Below, one piece after another: positions 54,361-64,000 of a stretch of DNA of 64,000 bases. Under the pieces are notes generated by a model. It was not told where the DNA came from. It did not search any database and saw only the letters and a list, made by a program, of their open reading frames with translations. How positions within the stretch are numbered: the first letter of the stretch is position 1; the number at the start of each line of letters is the position of its first letter. Source of the stretch: a virus; IMG/VR virus record IMGVR_UViG_3300036772_000367, positions 32,001 through 96,000 of that record. One strand, 5' to 3'. The translations under genes and the position numbers were made by a program.

Positions 54361-56913
54361 ATGCCTCGGGAAAACGCACGCAAGACCGAAAACGCGTGGA
54401 AGCTTCGGGATGAGGAAGCAGCGCGCAACCAAGCGCAAGCTGCTGGTCAACCGAATCCCGCTGATGTGCGTTTCGGTGGCACTTCACAGATGCGGACCAT
54501 GAAGGTTCAGATCGTGGGTGCCGATAGTGCTTTCGTCGAGGACTTGAAGCGTGCGTTGGGAATCTCGGATAATTCAGGAACCATGGGCATCCATGCGAGT
54601 ATCGGTGGTGGCTTCGGAGAACTGCATACTCAACTTCAGTCCGTCATCACAGATCAACAGGCGATTTCCCAAGCCACCAAGCAGGTAGCGCAAGATCTTT
54701 CGTTGGCCGTGAACATGGTCACGAATTATCAAGCCACTATCGCTCGGCAAATGGGCACTTATATCTCGGATATGAGTAATCTGCGTCAGCAAGAAACCCA
54801 GCACATGCAGAACCTCGTCAGCATGATGACCAACGCGGTAGCTCAGATGCAGGGCGCCCCCGGTGGAGGGGGCGCCGTTCCGACGTCACCAACTCTTCCT
54901 GTCCCTCCTCCATCTCCTGGTGCACCACCACCCACCCCGTTGCCACCACCTCCTCCCAGGGGCGCAGGTGGTGGAGGTGGAGGCCCGACACCCCCTCTGC
55001 CACCTCGTCGTCCACGGACGCCTCCCACCCCATCCGGTGGTGGTACCACGATGAGTCAACTTCGTCAGCAGGCCGCACGGGGATATCGGAGTTGGGCGAG
55101 TGGTCATGGGTCAGCCGGTCAGACTATCGCCTCCACGGCCACGAATATAGGAAGTCGACTGCTACGGGCGAATCCCGTCACAGGAATTCCTCTCGCAACA
55201 GGGCAAATAATAAATGATGCAGCTATCTGGGTCACCAATCAACGTCAGGCCAATGCGCAGTATCAGTCGATCTATGACAATGGAAATTTCTCGGCAGGAG
55301 GAGCACTCTCTCAACTGGGTAGTTTCATTACTGGTGGTGCGACCAACGACACCTCCGGCTTCGGTCAACGAATGGCTGAAGAAGGCTTCGTCTTGTCCCA
55401 ACGGTTCTCTGGCGGGATGACAGAAGGTCAGGCGCGACAAGCTTTTCAGGGTGTTTCTCAACTCGGTTACGCTGGAGGTCAACGAGACAACGCATTGCAG
55501 TTTGTCTCAGACAACTACAAGCAGATGGGCATGGACATCGCCCAGTCTATTCAACTTGTTCAGTCGGCTGCGCAGAATGGTAATCAATCTCTCGCCGGAT
55601 TGGCCCAGCAACTTCAGGCGGTGTCTTCGCAAGCAGCCGCTACCGGTCAGAACGCGGGCGCGTTGCGACAACAGTTTTCGAATTACTACTCCCAGGGTTT
55701 GCAGTCGGGCCTGGGTGCAGGGTCTGGTTCTGTGGCGCAAGTGCTTACGTCGACTACTTCGGGTACCAGTCGTGACTTGACGAACGTCAACTACAGTTCG
55801 CTACTGTCCAACCCGGTCCTCATGCAGACCCTGGCGGCCCAGCGGGGGATGACTTTGGGACAGATGGAATCCCAGGTGGCCCAAGGCAATACCGGAGCCT
55901 TCACTCAAGCTTTGGGACAGCGCACCAATCAAGTATTGACAGGTTCTATGAACCAAACTCTGCGGACTCTGTTCAGTCAACAGGTGCAGCAAGCCGGTGG
56001 CTATCAACGAGTTGCACAGACACCTGGTTCGCAATACAACATTGCCGTCCAGCTCATGCAGAGTCGAGACTGGAATGTCATGGAAGCTCGGGCGGCCATG
56101 GGCACCCTGGGTATCGACACGTCCAAAATGAATGATGAGCAGATTGCCGAATATTACGTGTCGACCCTCTCCAGCGGCGGTGTTCAGGCTGCCGGCAGAG
56201 CACAACAGAGCAAACTCGGAACCCTCACACCACAGGAACGTGCTGCTGCGGGGGGTGGTAGCCCTAATATTGGTGGATCGTCTTATCTCAATAAGATGGC
56301 CCAGGACCGGGCTCAGAATACCCCCAGTGTGTTGGATTGGGCCAGTCAGCTCTTCGGTGGTGACAGCACAGAGAACAATGCTAAGAATGCCAAATCGCTT
56401 GCGCAGGCGTATCAGGGTTACGAGTCGCAGCAGGGCAACAGCAACCCGGCCATCGAATCGATGATCTCGTCACTGGGTACCACCGGTTCCTCTCAACTCC
56501 GTGTGCAGACACCCCAGGGTGACCGGGTGGTGTCCATGCAGGATGCGATCAAGTACTACTCCGACCAGATCTCCACTGGCTCGGCTGTCGTGGTGGGAGG
56601 CGCCCAGAACGGCAAGACTCTGGGAGAGGCCACCGGCACCGTCATCGCGGGCTACCAGTCACCCCGTCCGGGTGGTTCGGCCAAGAACGGCCCCGCCAAC
56701 ATCGGCCAGTCCTGGGCGGACTACCAGAAGGCCAACCCGAGCCAGCAGCAGGGTGCGGCGGCGGCCACCGGCACACAGACCAACGGCACCGTCACGGTAA
56801 GTCCGAGCCCCACGCTGATGCAGATGTTCAACTGGTCTTCCACGGGAGGCGTCAACATCGCGGGCTCCACGGCCCAAGGTGTGACACCCGCGATTCCGGG
56901 AGGCAACTATTGA
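54361..56913 (+). CDS. tape measure protein
   Basis: Follows the chaperones; A/Q/G/S-rich helical, 850 aa. Confidence 0.75.
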   Translation: MPRENARKTENAWKLRDEEAARNQAQAAGQPNPADVRFGGTSQMRTMKVQIVGADSAFVEDLKRALGISDNSGTMGIHASIGGGFGELHTQLQSVITDQQAISQATKQVAQDLSLAVNMVTNYQATIARQMGTYISDMSNLRQQETQHMQNLVSMMTNAVAQMQGAPGGGGAVPTSPTLPVPPPSPGAPPPTPLPPPPPRGAGGGGGGPTPPLPPRRPRTPPTPSGGGTTMSQLRQQAARGYRSWASGHGSAGQTIASTATNIGSRLLRANPVTGIPLATGQIINDAAIWVTNQRQANAQYQSIYDNGNFSAGGALSQLGSFITGGATNDTSGFGQRMAEEGFVLSQRFSGGMTEGQARQAFQGVSQLGYAGGQRDNALQFVSDNYKQMGMDIAQSIQLVQSAAQNGNQSLAGLAQQLQAVSSQAAATGQNAGALRQQFSNYYSQGLQSGLGAGSGSVAQVLTSTTSGTSRDLTNVNYSSLLSNPVLMQTLAAQRGMTLGQMESQVAQGNTGAFTQALGQRTNQVLTGSMNQTLRTLFSQQVQQAGGYQRVAQTPGSQYNIAVQLMQSRDWNVMEARAAMGTLGIDTSKMNDEQIAEYYVSTLSSGGVQAAGRAQQSKLGTLTPQERAAAGGGSPNIGGSSYLNKMAQDRAQNTPSVLDWASQLFGGDSTENNAKNAKSLAQAYQGYESQQGNSNPAIESMISSLGTTGSSQLRVQTPQGDRVVSMQDAIKYYSDQISTGSAVVVGGAQNGKTLGEATGTVIAGYQSPRPGGSAKNGPANIGQSWADYQKANPSQQQGAAAATGTQTNGTVTVSPSPTLMQMFNWSSTGGVNIAGSTAQGVTPAIPGGNY

Positions 56914-57644
56914 CCGGCATCGCTTCGCTGGGTGGATTGTCTTTTCGGGTCAACCCCAGCCAGATCACCGTCGACTACTCCGTGGACACCTGTGTCATCA
57001 ACACGGTGGGTGGCCGCGTCGTGCAGGTCTATGGCACCACACTGGGCGACATGACCGTGCAGGGCCTGTACGGGGTCGACCGCGCGACACCGCAGGAGTC
57101 TTGGGAGATCGCGGAAACTTTCCAAGGACAAATCGCTCAGTTGATCAACCAGCAGGGTGCGCGGCCCTCCATCGCACAACTCAGTGGAACCGACCCCACA
57201 CCGATGCTGCCGCCTTTGCGTTTTACCTATTCCGATCCTAAGCATACGTGGGATTACAATGTCTATATCAAGTCATTCAAGGACATCAACAATCCTGAAG
57301 CGACTATCGAGCATGTCACAGGGAAATACTCCTATGGCTATTCTCTGATACTGTTCATTGTGCAGGATAATACCGGACAGCTTGCGCAGGTGGCGCAGGA
57401 TCAGTTCATCAGTCGACTATCTGATGGGCTTGGCTGGCAGCGCACTGCGTACAACGGACAGATGACGATTGCCGACCTCCAGAACTACTTGACGAAGAAC
57501 AGCCCGGACGGGACGATCCATGGATTGATCTTGCAGGAGTTCAACCAGGCGTCTCAGGGACAGCTCCCCACGGCCGGGTCGGCCACCAACCCAGTGCCCG
57601 GTGGCGCGGGCACCGTGAACAGCTTGGGCACATCAGGAGGCTGA
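56910..57644 (+). CDS. baseplate/tail tube initiator-like protein
   Basis: FRVNPSQI...NTVGGRVVQ...MTVQG. Confidence 0.6.
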   Translation: MTGIASLGGLSFRVNPSQITVDYSVDTCVINTVGGRVVQVYGTTLGDMTVQGLYGVDRATPQESWEIAETFQGQIAQLINQQGARPSIAQLSGTDPTPMLPPLRFTYSDPKHTWDYNVYIKSFKDINNPEATIEHVTGKYSYGYSLILFIVQDNTGQLAQVAQDQFISRLSDGLGWQRTAYNGQMTIADLQNYLTKNSPDGTIHGLILQEFNQASQGQLPTAGSATNPVPGGAGTVNSLGTSGG

Positions 57645-57645
57645 G

Positions 57646-57846
57646 ATGGCGACATCCGATCTGTGGGGGACTGACACCCCCATCTCTATGCCCGAACCCA
57701 TCGTCCCCAGTCAGCCGGTTCTGGTGGACATGGGAGGGTTCGGCTTCACCCAGACCGGCATCGCACACAACATCACGCGTGCAGGTCTGGAGGTTTACAC
57801 CACCCCCTCGTTCTTGCCGTCTCCATCGCTGGAATCTGACCGGTGA
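57646..57846 (+). CDS. small hypothetical protein
   Basis: AGGAGG RBS. Confidence 0.55.
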   Translation: MATSDLWGTDTPISMPEPIVPSQPVLVDMGGFGFTQTGIAHNITRAGLEVYTTPSFLPSPSLESDR

Positions 57847-58460
57847 GTGGCACCACGGGAACGAGTGGGCCGAATAGCAATGCAGCCTTCGCGTTCACAG
57901 CGGGCGGCTCTGGATATTACTTCCAGAGCCGCTGTCGAGGCATCACCCATGGTTATGAGGTCGTGGCATCGGAATCGCACGCTCGCACCACTCGTGCGTT
58001 CTATCCGCGCCAGCGAGCGCTGGCCCAGTTCACACTCACACTGGAACTGAAGGGGTACGCAGACTACAAGGCTTTCATGGACTTCATGCGCAGCTACCTC
58101 CAGAACTTCGCCGCCAACACCGCCACGGGAGCCATGAGCGTGGGGGTACCGCAGCGCAATTTCCTGCGCTACGGCGTGCCAGTCGGTGGCATCTCCGATG
58201 GAGATCACATCGGGTCGATGGTCTTTGCACCCACGATCGTCTTCGAGTCCATCTATGATCCGCTGGATACAGCTATTTTCACTACCACGACCGACACTTC
58301 TCAGGTGGACCTGGGGACTTCCCAGAGTGACAATGCCGCGACGTTTTTCTATCCGGTTACCGCACCCACCAACGACCCCAACGCCACGGGAGAGTCTCTC
58401 TACGACGCACCACCTCCGGTGACCCAACCCGGTGGGCCCAGTAGTAAGCGGGCGGTGTGA
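57843..58460 (+). CDS. baseplate/minor tail protein
   Basis: Synteny; 205 aa. Confidence 0.6.
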   Translation: MSGTTGTSGPNSNAAFAFTAGGSGYYFQSRCRGITHGYEVVASESHARTTRAFYPRQRALAQFTLTLELKGYADYKAFMDFMRSYLQNFAANTATGAMSVGVPQRNFLRYGVPVGGISDGDHIGSMVFAPTIVFESIYDPLDTAIFTTTTDTSQVDLGTSQSDNAATFFYPVTAPTNDPNATGESLYDAPPPVTQPGGPSSKRAV

Positions 58461-58466
58461 ACTGGA

Positions 58467-61136
58467 ATGCCCACATTTGTTTATGCCCCGAGCGTCACGG
58501 CCCATGTGGAGGTCACCAATAAACAGGGTCAGGCTGAGATCGTTGACATCTCTAATGATCTGACCGCAGGGCAAATGAATCTTCGCACCAATGGTGTGCA
58601 TTTGTTTCAATTCAAGCTCCAGAATTCTCAGCGCAAATATGACGGTCTGATCCGGCCGATGGATCGCATCGTCATATCGATGTCCCGGATCGGTGCCCCA
58701 CTTCGAGTGTTTTCTGGGTACATGAACAACGGGCCGATCTTTTCGGTGTGGCCGCGCGTGCTCAATATGACTGCCTCGTGCACCATCAAGAAGCTTCAGT
58801 TCTGGTACTGGGACTCCTCATCGAACGCCGCTCAGACTCTTATCACGAGCTGGCAACAGCTCCAGGCCAATCAGTCCACCCAGACGAAGGCCAACCAGGG
58901 CAACCAACCGAACGCGGCGGACGGCGGCATCCGCGACATGGTCATCCAGCTGCTGACCGAGGTCGTGGGCTGGCCCCAGGAGAAGATCCACATCGGGGCT
59001 ATCCCCACTCGATGGTTCGACTTCGCTACGTCGGTGGGCGACGAGATCATCAAGGCGGCCGACGAATCGGCCCTCATCGGCACGCTGGGCGGCTCGGCCT
59101 CGGTGGGTGGCTCAACTCTCACCGCGAACGGTTCGCTGCCGCCAGGGACGTACGCAGGCGTTGCGTTGAACCAGGATCAGGCCAACAACGCGGCGACCAT
59201 CTTCAACGTCGCTGTCTCCCGTGGTCTGACGTCCCATGACGCCGCGCTGGGCATCGGTTGTGCCATGCAGGAGTCCTCGCTGGTGAACCTCCACAGCGGT
59301 TCGGCTGACTCGGTGGGTCTGTTCCAACAACGGCCGTCTCAGGGCTGGGGCACCGTTGCGCAGATCGAGGACCCGCAGTACTCGGCCGGGAAATTCTTCG
59401 ACGCCTTGATCAAGGTCCCTAATTACGAGACACTGCCGTTCACAGTAGTGATCCAGGATGTCCAGCGTTCAGGGAATCCGAATGCTTATGCGCAGTGGGA
59501 GAATCTTGCCAACGCGTGCGTACAGGTCTTGCAGAAGAACAACACGAGCAGTACCAACGCAGGCATTCTGACACAGGGTTCGACGACCATCGGCTCCGGC
59601 GGTGCGACGGGAGAGAACATCGCTTCAGTGTCCTACAATCTTATCAAAAGCCATCCTCCCGGTTACATTCGTTATCGAGAAGGTGGCGACTCCGCCTACA
59701 ACGATCCGGATCCTCGGATTCTGGATTGCTCTAGTTTTGTAGATTGGGTCTTTTATCACACCACGGGTCGACCGTTGAATCCTTCCGGGCAACGCTCGGT
59801 GGCCGCATCTATCGGGCCGCAGTGCATCAACATCGACCAGGCCGCTGCCAAGAACATCAAGGGCGCCCTGCTGTTCCTCGGCGGTGTCGGTGCCGAGACG
59901 CATGTGGAAGTGTCCTTGGGCAATGGCTACACAGCCGCCGCGCACACCGACCAGGTCCCGCTCGCTCAACAGGTAGATGTTGGTCAGGCGGGGAACTTCA
60001 CCCACGGTGGTCTGCTGCCAGGTATCAACTACTCGAACTCGGCGACCACGGCAGTCGCCGCAAATCTCATCCAGGCCGTGGAGCACTATAAGGCCAGTAC
60101 GTCCGACCCCAACCAGTTCGGACCTAACGCTCCAGCCAGTTCCGTCAACCCCACCAACCAGACCGGAGCCAACACGGGAGACCCCTTCAACGCACTGATC
60201 AATGTCTACACGTGGGGCTTCAACCCCAGCAACGACGCGGATATTTTCGCTGGCCCACGCGCGATGATGAACGACGAGCCGATCCTGCCCTATATCTCGA
60301 ACCTATTGGGCGCGTCGATGCGTTCCTGGTGCTCGGCCCCCAACGGAGACTTCATGGCCTGGTTCCCGGACTATTTCAACATCTGGGGCATCAGTGCGGT
60401 CATGAATGTGCGGGCGATCGAGCTGATGGACTTCACGGTCGACTGGTCGGATCAGCAGATCGTTACTCATCAGTATGTTGTCGGTGTCCCCCAAGGAATG
60501 TTCGACACGGCATCAGGCTCTGTGTCGGCCTACGACCCAACCGGCGGCCAGGGACAACTCTACTGGGAGCTGACCACCCAGGGCGTTGCTACGATGGACT
60601 TCCCGCAGATCTTCCGAGCTATCTTCGGTCAGGATGCCACGACCGACTTCGTGAACAATTACTTGTCGCGCTTCGGTGGCCGTCCGAACATGGTCACCAT
60701 CCCGACCATCTCTCAGGGACGACCAGAGTTTTTCATGGCGCTGTATCTGTTCATGCAGCGGTGGGCCAATCAGTTCCAGGCTAATGTGCCCATGACCTTC
60801 ATGCCCGAGTTGTGGCCCGGCATGATTCTTCGCTTGCCGGAATTTAACTTCCAGGCGTATATCAGCGAGGTGCAACACAACTTTCAGTTCGGGCCAGACG
60901 GTGGTTTTTCCACCACGGCATCCATCAGTGCCCCAGCTCGTATCAACGATCAAGCCAGCATGTTCGGTCTGCTGCCACTGGGTGGTCAGGTCTACGCTCA
61001 GCCCATCACACCCAACGCACCCCAGACGCCGCCCTCCAATACCACCGGAGCACCACCGTTGCCGTTGCCGACCGCGACGGCCCCTCCGACGAGCTTGCCT
61101 GGCCTATTGAACACCCTGACGGGAGGTAACCCGTGA
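58467..61136 (+). CDS. baseplate hub with lysozyme-like and NlpC/P60 cell-wall hydrolase domains
   Basis: AMQESSL...SVGLFQQRPSQGWG; LDCSSFV...HVEVSLG; C-terminal FMPELWPGM...YISEVQH. Confidence 0.85.
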   Translation: MPTFVYAPSVTAHVEVTNKQGQAEIVDISNDLTAGQMNLRTNGVHLFQFKLQNSQRKYDGLIRPMDRIVISMSRIGAPLRVFSGYMNNGPIFSVWPRVLNMTASCTIKKLQFWYWDSSSNAAQTLITSWQQLQANQSTQTKANQGNQPNAADGGIRDMVIQLLTEVVGWPQEKIHIGAIPTRWFDFATSVGDEIIKAADESALIGTLGGSASVGGSTLTANGSLPPGTYAGVALNQDQANNAATIFNVAVSRGLTSHDAALGIGCAMQESSLVNLHSGSADSVGLFQQRPSQGWGTVAQIEDPQYSAGKFFDALIKVPNYETLPFTVVIQDVQRSGNPNAYAQWENLANACVQVLQKNNTSSTNAGILTQGSTTIGSGGATGENIASVSYNLIKSHPPGYIRYREGGDSAYNDPDPRILDCSSFVDWVFYHTTGRPLNPSGQRSVAASIGPQCINIDQAAAKNIKGALLFLGGVGAETHVEVSLGNGYTAAAHTDQVPLAQQVDVGQAGNFTHGGLLPGINYSNSATTAVAANLIQAVEHYKASTSDPNQFGPNAPASSVNPTNQTGANTGDPFNALINVYTWGFNPSNDADIFAGPRAMMNDEPILPYISNLLGASMRSWCSAPNGDFMAWFPDYFNIWGISAVMNVRAIELMDFTVDWSDQQIVTHQYVVGVPQGMFDTASGSVSAYDPTGGQGQLYWELTTQGVATMDFPQIFRAIFGQDATTDFVNNYLSRFGGRPNMVTIPTISQGRPEFFMALYLFMQRWANQFQANVPMTFMPELWPGMILRLPEFNFQAYISEVQHNFQFGPDGGFSTTASISAPARINDQASMFGLLPLGGQVYAQPITPNAPQTPPSNTTGAPPLPLPTATAPPTSLPGLLNTLTGGNP

Positions 61137-61921
61137 TGAATACCAACGGGTTGTCTCAGCCAACCTATCCAGGGAGCGCTAGCCGGGGCTTCGCGTGGAA
61201 GCAGGTGTTGGTGCAGGGGGTCGACGGCAATGTAGCTGTCGTGCAGGACTCGGTCACCAAGAAGACTTTCAACGTCTCCATCACTAACATGCCTGCCAAG
61301 GGCGTCCCACCCGCACCAGGCGAAATGTGGTTGGTGAGTCGTCAGTATGCGGTGTGGGCCTTCGTATTGTGTCTCAATGCTCCCACGGCGTTGCAAATAT
61401 CCAATATCCAGAATCTGACGTCGGATTTGGCTACGCTCACTACGGCTACTCAACGTCCTCAGCTATTGTCTACTTTGTACAGTACGGCTAGCGTGCAGTA
61501 TATGGAGCAGGGCGCAGCCATTGCTTCAATCACCAATCAGACGTCGTACAGCACCATGCTGACTACTGGCTCGCCGGGCGCCCCCAACGGCTTAGTGTTC
61601 ATCGCACCACCTAGCGGTATTGTGCGATTGAGTTGGGGCGGGAATTTTCGCGTCGACACAGCCGCCATTGTGGTATATATCGGGTTGCTCGTCGCAAGTG
61701 GCGCCGTAATTGGATCAGGAACCCCTCTCTTGGGTATCGCGGACTTCGAGGCTATTCAAACGACTGCGACCAACATTGTTGTCCCTGGTGCACGCACGCG
61801 TTACATTAACGGACTGGTCTCAGGTGGCTTCTACAATGCCTATATTCAATGGCGTACGAGTGGCAACGGGACAGGTGAGGCGAATGGAGTGTGGGCCGAC
61901 GCGGTGCCCTCACCGCAATGA
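61133..61921 (+). CDS. baseplate spike-like/minor tail protein
   Basis: N-terminal OB-like PAPGEMWLV. Confidence 0.55.
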   Translation: MMNTNGLSQPTYPGSASRGFAWKQVLVQGVDGNVAVVQDSVTKKTFNVSITNMPAKGVPPAPGEMWLVSRQYAVWAFVLCLNAPTALQISNIQNLTSDLATLTTATQRPQLLSTLYSTASVQYMEQGAAIASITNQTSYSTMLTTGSPGAPNGLVFIAPPSGIVRLSWGGNFRVDTAAIVVYIGLLVASGAVIGSGTPLLGIADFEAIQTTATNIVVPGARTRYINGLVSGGFYNAYIQWRTSGNGTGEANGVWADAVPSPQ

Positions 61922-61923
61922 TC

Positions 61924-61958
61924 CTGTCCTGAGCATTCCAGTTAATGCTAAGGGCTGA
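61924..61958 (+). promoter_or_regulatory. putative late promoter motif
   Basis: CTGTC-N20-TAAGGGCTGA. Confidence 0.65.
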
Positions 61959-61963
61959 AGGAG

Positions 61964-62404
61964 GTGGACGTGGAGACTTTTGCTCTGGTGCACGGAGATC
62001 TGATGGTGGACAGTTCCGGTCAACTGTTGACTTACTCGGGTCCTAATCGTATTCGCCAGGATCTTCAATTGGCGCTCTCAGAGGAGTACGGAGCAGACCA
62101 TTTCCACCCGAAGTGGGGATCTATCGTCAAGAGCTACATCGGCAATCCCATCACACCCAGCCTTGAGCTGCTTGTTCAAGCCGAAGTAAATCGGGTAGTG
62201 CAGAACTACATAACTCTTCAACAATCCTCGGTACTGCGTAGCACTACTTTTGATATTGCCGGAGTATTTGATACCTCGGATGTCGTACAAAGTGTAGGGC
62301 CACTGCGCGTGTCGACCGCTTACGACACGATTTACATCTCTGCCACTTTGACTACCGTGGATCGTCAGACAATCACCATTACCCAGCAGGTGAGCAATGC
62401 CTAG
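61964..62404 (+). CDS. baseplate wedge subunit (gp25-like)
   Basis: GDL...IRQDLQLAL.E.YG...FHPKWGS. Confidence 0.75.
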   Translation: MDVETFALVHGDLMVDSSGQLLTYSGPNRIRQDLQLALSEEYGADHFHPKWGSIVKSYIGNPITPSLELLVQAEVNRVVQNYITLQQSSVLRSTTFDIAGVFDTSDVVQSVGPLRVSTAYDTIYISATLTTVDRQTITITQQVSNA

Positions 62405-64000
62405 TGCTGCGGATATTGCTAGCAACATGATTGCGGCACTCCAGGTGTCTATTCCAAACTTGGACACCTCGATCGGCACACCGTTGCGTCATGTACTGGA
62501 CTCGCTCAGCGAACAGATCGCTGAGGCGTACACAGATGGTTATCTGATCAACTACCAGTACGACATCGACTCCAAGGTCGGTGGTGACCTGGATGACTTC
62601 TGTTCGCTGTTCGGGATTACACGTATTCCCGCGCAGCGGGCCACGGGCGTCGTGACCTTCAGCCGACCGAGTGACGCGAACACACTGGCCACGATCGTGA
62701 CGATCCCGCCGGGCTCGCAAGAGATCGCGATGACCAACCCGATCGTCTACTGCCAGACCACGGTGTCGGCCATCATGAACGTCAATGACTCCACGGCGAA
62801 TGTGCCTGTGCAAGCCGTGGTAGCGGGTTCTCAGGGTAATGTGCCGGCTGGGCTGCTCAACACGATCGCCTCGGCGCTCAGTGGTATCACCTCCTGCACC
62901 AACACCAGCGCTCTCACCGGAGGTCAGGACCGGGAGTCCGACACAGACCTGCGGACGCGCTTCAAGCAGACTGTGTTTCGTTCCCTGGCGGGCACCTCGG
63001 CCATGTATCAGGCCATTGCACAGTCCGTTCCGCAGAACCCCACTACGGCTTCGACGTTCGCGGTGAAATTCACCAACATCATTGGCTCCTCGAAGCGTTG
63101 GCAAGAACAACTTCAGGTTGTCAGTGGCACAGCCACCAGTACGGTGACGAATGCGGCCTACATCTTTCCCGACAACGTCTTCTGCGCGGTAGATCTATCC
63201 TCGGGCGTTTTCCTCAACCAAGAAACAGATTTCAGCTTTGCCCCCACCAATCCCACGGATGGGATCAGCAACGCTAGTGCGGTGCTGACATCCTTGAGTT
63301 CCACCACGATGCCAGATGGACTATACGATCTGGACTTCGAGTATGTACCGCAGGCATCACGCAATGATCCCGGCAATACAAGGTTCGGCCAGGGTGGTAT
63401 TAATAATCGCATTGACGTCTGGTGCAACGGTAGTATTCCACAGTCGGCGACGCAGAATGTGGTCTTCTCGACGGCACTGACGTTCTCGACGTTGTCGACG
63501 AGTCCGTACTACAACGTCAAGTACAGCATCGGTAAGACGGGATCACAGACGCCGACGGCTGGGCAAATCTTCGTTCCCCTGAGTTATGGGCCCATTCTCA
63601 ATGTCCCTTTGACACTAACGATAGGCGGCACTGTCTACAATTATCTTACAGATTACTTCGCGGTGCATCGCACTGACTGTTTCGGCTACACCATGAACAG
63701 CACCTTCGGTCTTGCGTGGACCACTACCTCCGGCCGCATCCCGGCCAACGGCTCCATCATCACGCTGACCTACACCTACAACCAGGTGCCGTCTTTGGTT
63801 CAGCAATCGATGGAACAGTGGCGGCTGGTGGGCACCGATGCCAAGGCGCACGCGGGCAAAACCATCCCTCTGTTGTTCAATTTCGCCATCGTGTTCGATC
63901 AACGTTTCGACTCGACAGCGGTGACGACGAGCATCAACGATGCCCTAGCTGCTTATCTCAGTACCATTGGGTTCGATGCGACCCTCAGGGTGGCTGGAGT
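62397..64000 (+). CDS. baseplate J-like protein (runs off right edge; not in ORF track)
   Basis: MPSAADIAS...GGDLDDFCSLFGITRIPAQRATGVVTF...GSQGNVPAG...GGQDRESDTDLRTR. Confidence 0.9.
   Translation, partial: MPSAADIASNMIAALQVSIPNLDTSIGTPLRHVLDSLSEQIAEAYTDGYLINYQYDIDSKVGGDLDDFCSLFGITRIPAQRATGVVTFSRPSDANTLATIVTIPPGSQEIAMTNPIVYCQTTVSAIMNVNDSTANVPVQAVVAGSQGNVPAGLLNTIASALSGITSCTNTSALTGGQDRESDTDLRTRFKQTVFRSLAGTSAMYQAIAQSVPQNPTTASTFAVKFTNIIGSSKRWQEQLQVVSGTATSTVTNAAYIFPDNVFCAVDLSSGVFLNQETDFSFAPTNPTDGISNASAVLTSLSSTTMPDGLYDLDFEYVPQASRNDPGNTRFGQGGINNRIDVWCNGSIPQSATQNVVFSTALTFSTLSTSPYYNVKYSIGKTGSQTPTAGQIFVPLSYGPILNVPLTLTIGGTVYNYLTDYFAVHRTDCFGYTMNSTFGLAWTTTSGRIPANGSIITLTYTYNQVPSLVQQSMEQWRLVGTDAKAHAGKTIPLLFNFAIVFDQRFDSTAVTTSINDALAAYLSTIGFDATLRVAG

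Noticed and set aside
54850-55050. Pro/Gly run in the tape measure gene with GC-skewed repeats
   Set aside because: Low-complexity coding linker with no evidence of a separate element.
1-64000. tRNA, tmRNA, terminase, integrase or IS genes
   Set aside because: None recognised by eye. Intergenic gaps are short, but a tRNAscan or Infernal run is needed to exclude small RNAs.

Overview
The window is 64 kb of a large, GC-rich tailed-phage genome. Gene content and order point to an actinobacterial myovirus related to the Bxz1/BRock/E3 types (from recall of those proteins, not a search). Almost all genes are on the + strand. Bases 1-6.9 kb hold small accessory ORFs. Bases 6.9-39.6 kb are the head module: modular internal/cargo proteins, an intein-containing portal, fibre and SGNH proteins, a 2122-aa polyvalent protein (ParB, ART-like, zincin, SWIM, Nudix), FN3 and membrane proteins, prohead protease, scaffold, a capsid accessory protein and the major capsid protein. 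Bases 39.7-64 kb are neck, contractile tail and baseplate. No terminase, tRNA, rRNA or CRISPR array was seen. Main findings: (1) The tail-tube gene has an in-frame Ser-amber-Ser (TCT TAG TCC) at codons 11-13, beside a divergent free-standing HNH endonuclease. This is a candidate homing-endonuclease/ribosomal-hop cassette analogous to T4 mobA-gene 60. (2) Both free-standing nucleases sit beside a recoded end of an essential gene, have leaderless promoters and have a degenerate copy of the putative target at their promoter. (3) A recurring basic-x-Ala motif separates modules in head proteins, suggesting protease-processed cargo polyproteins. (4) A metallopeptidase plus small-partner cassette occurs twice, once nested out of frame. 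(5) About 11 copies of a putative phage late-promoter motif were found. Family assignments come from motifs read by eye.
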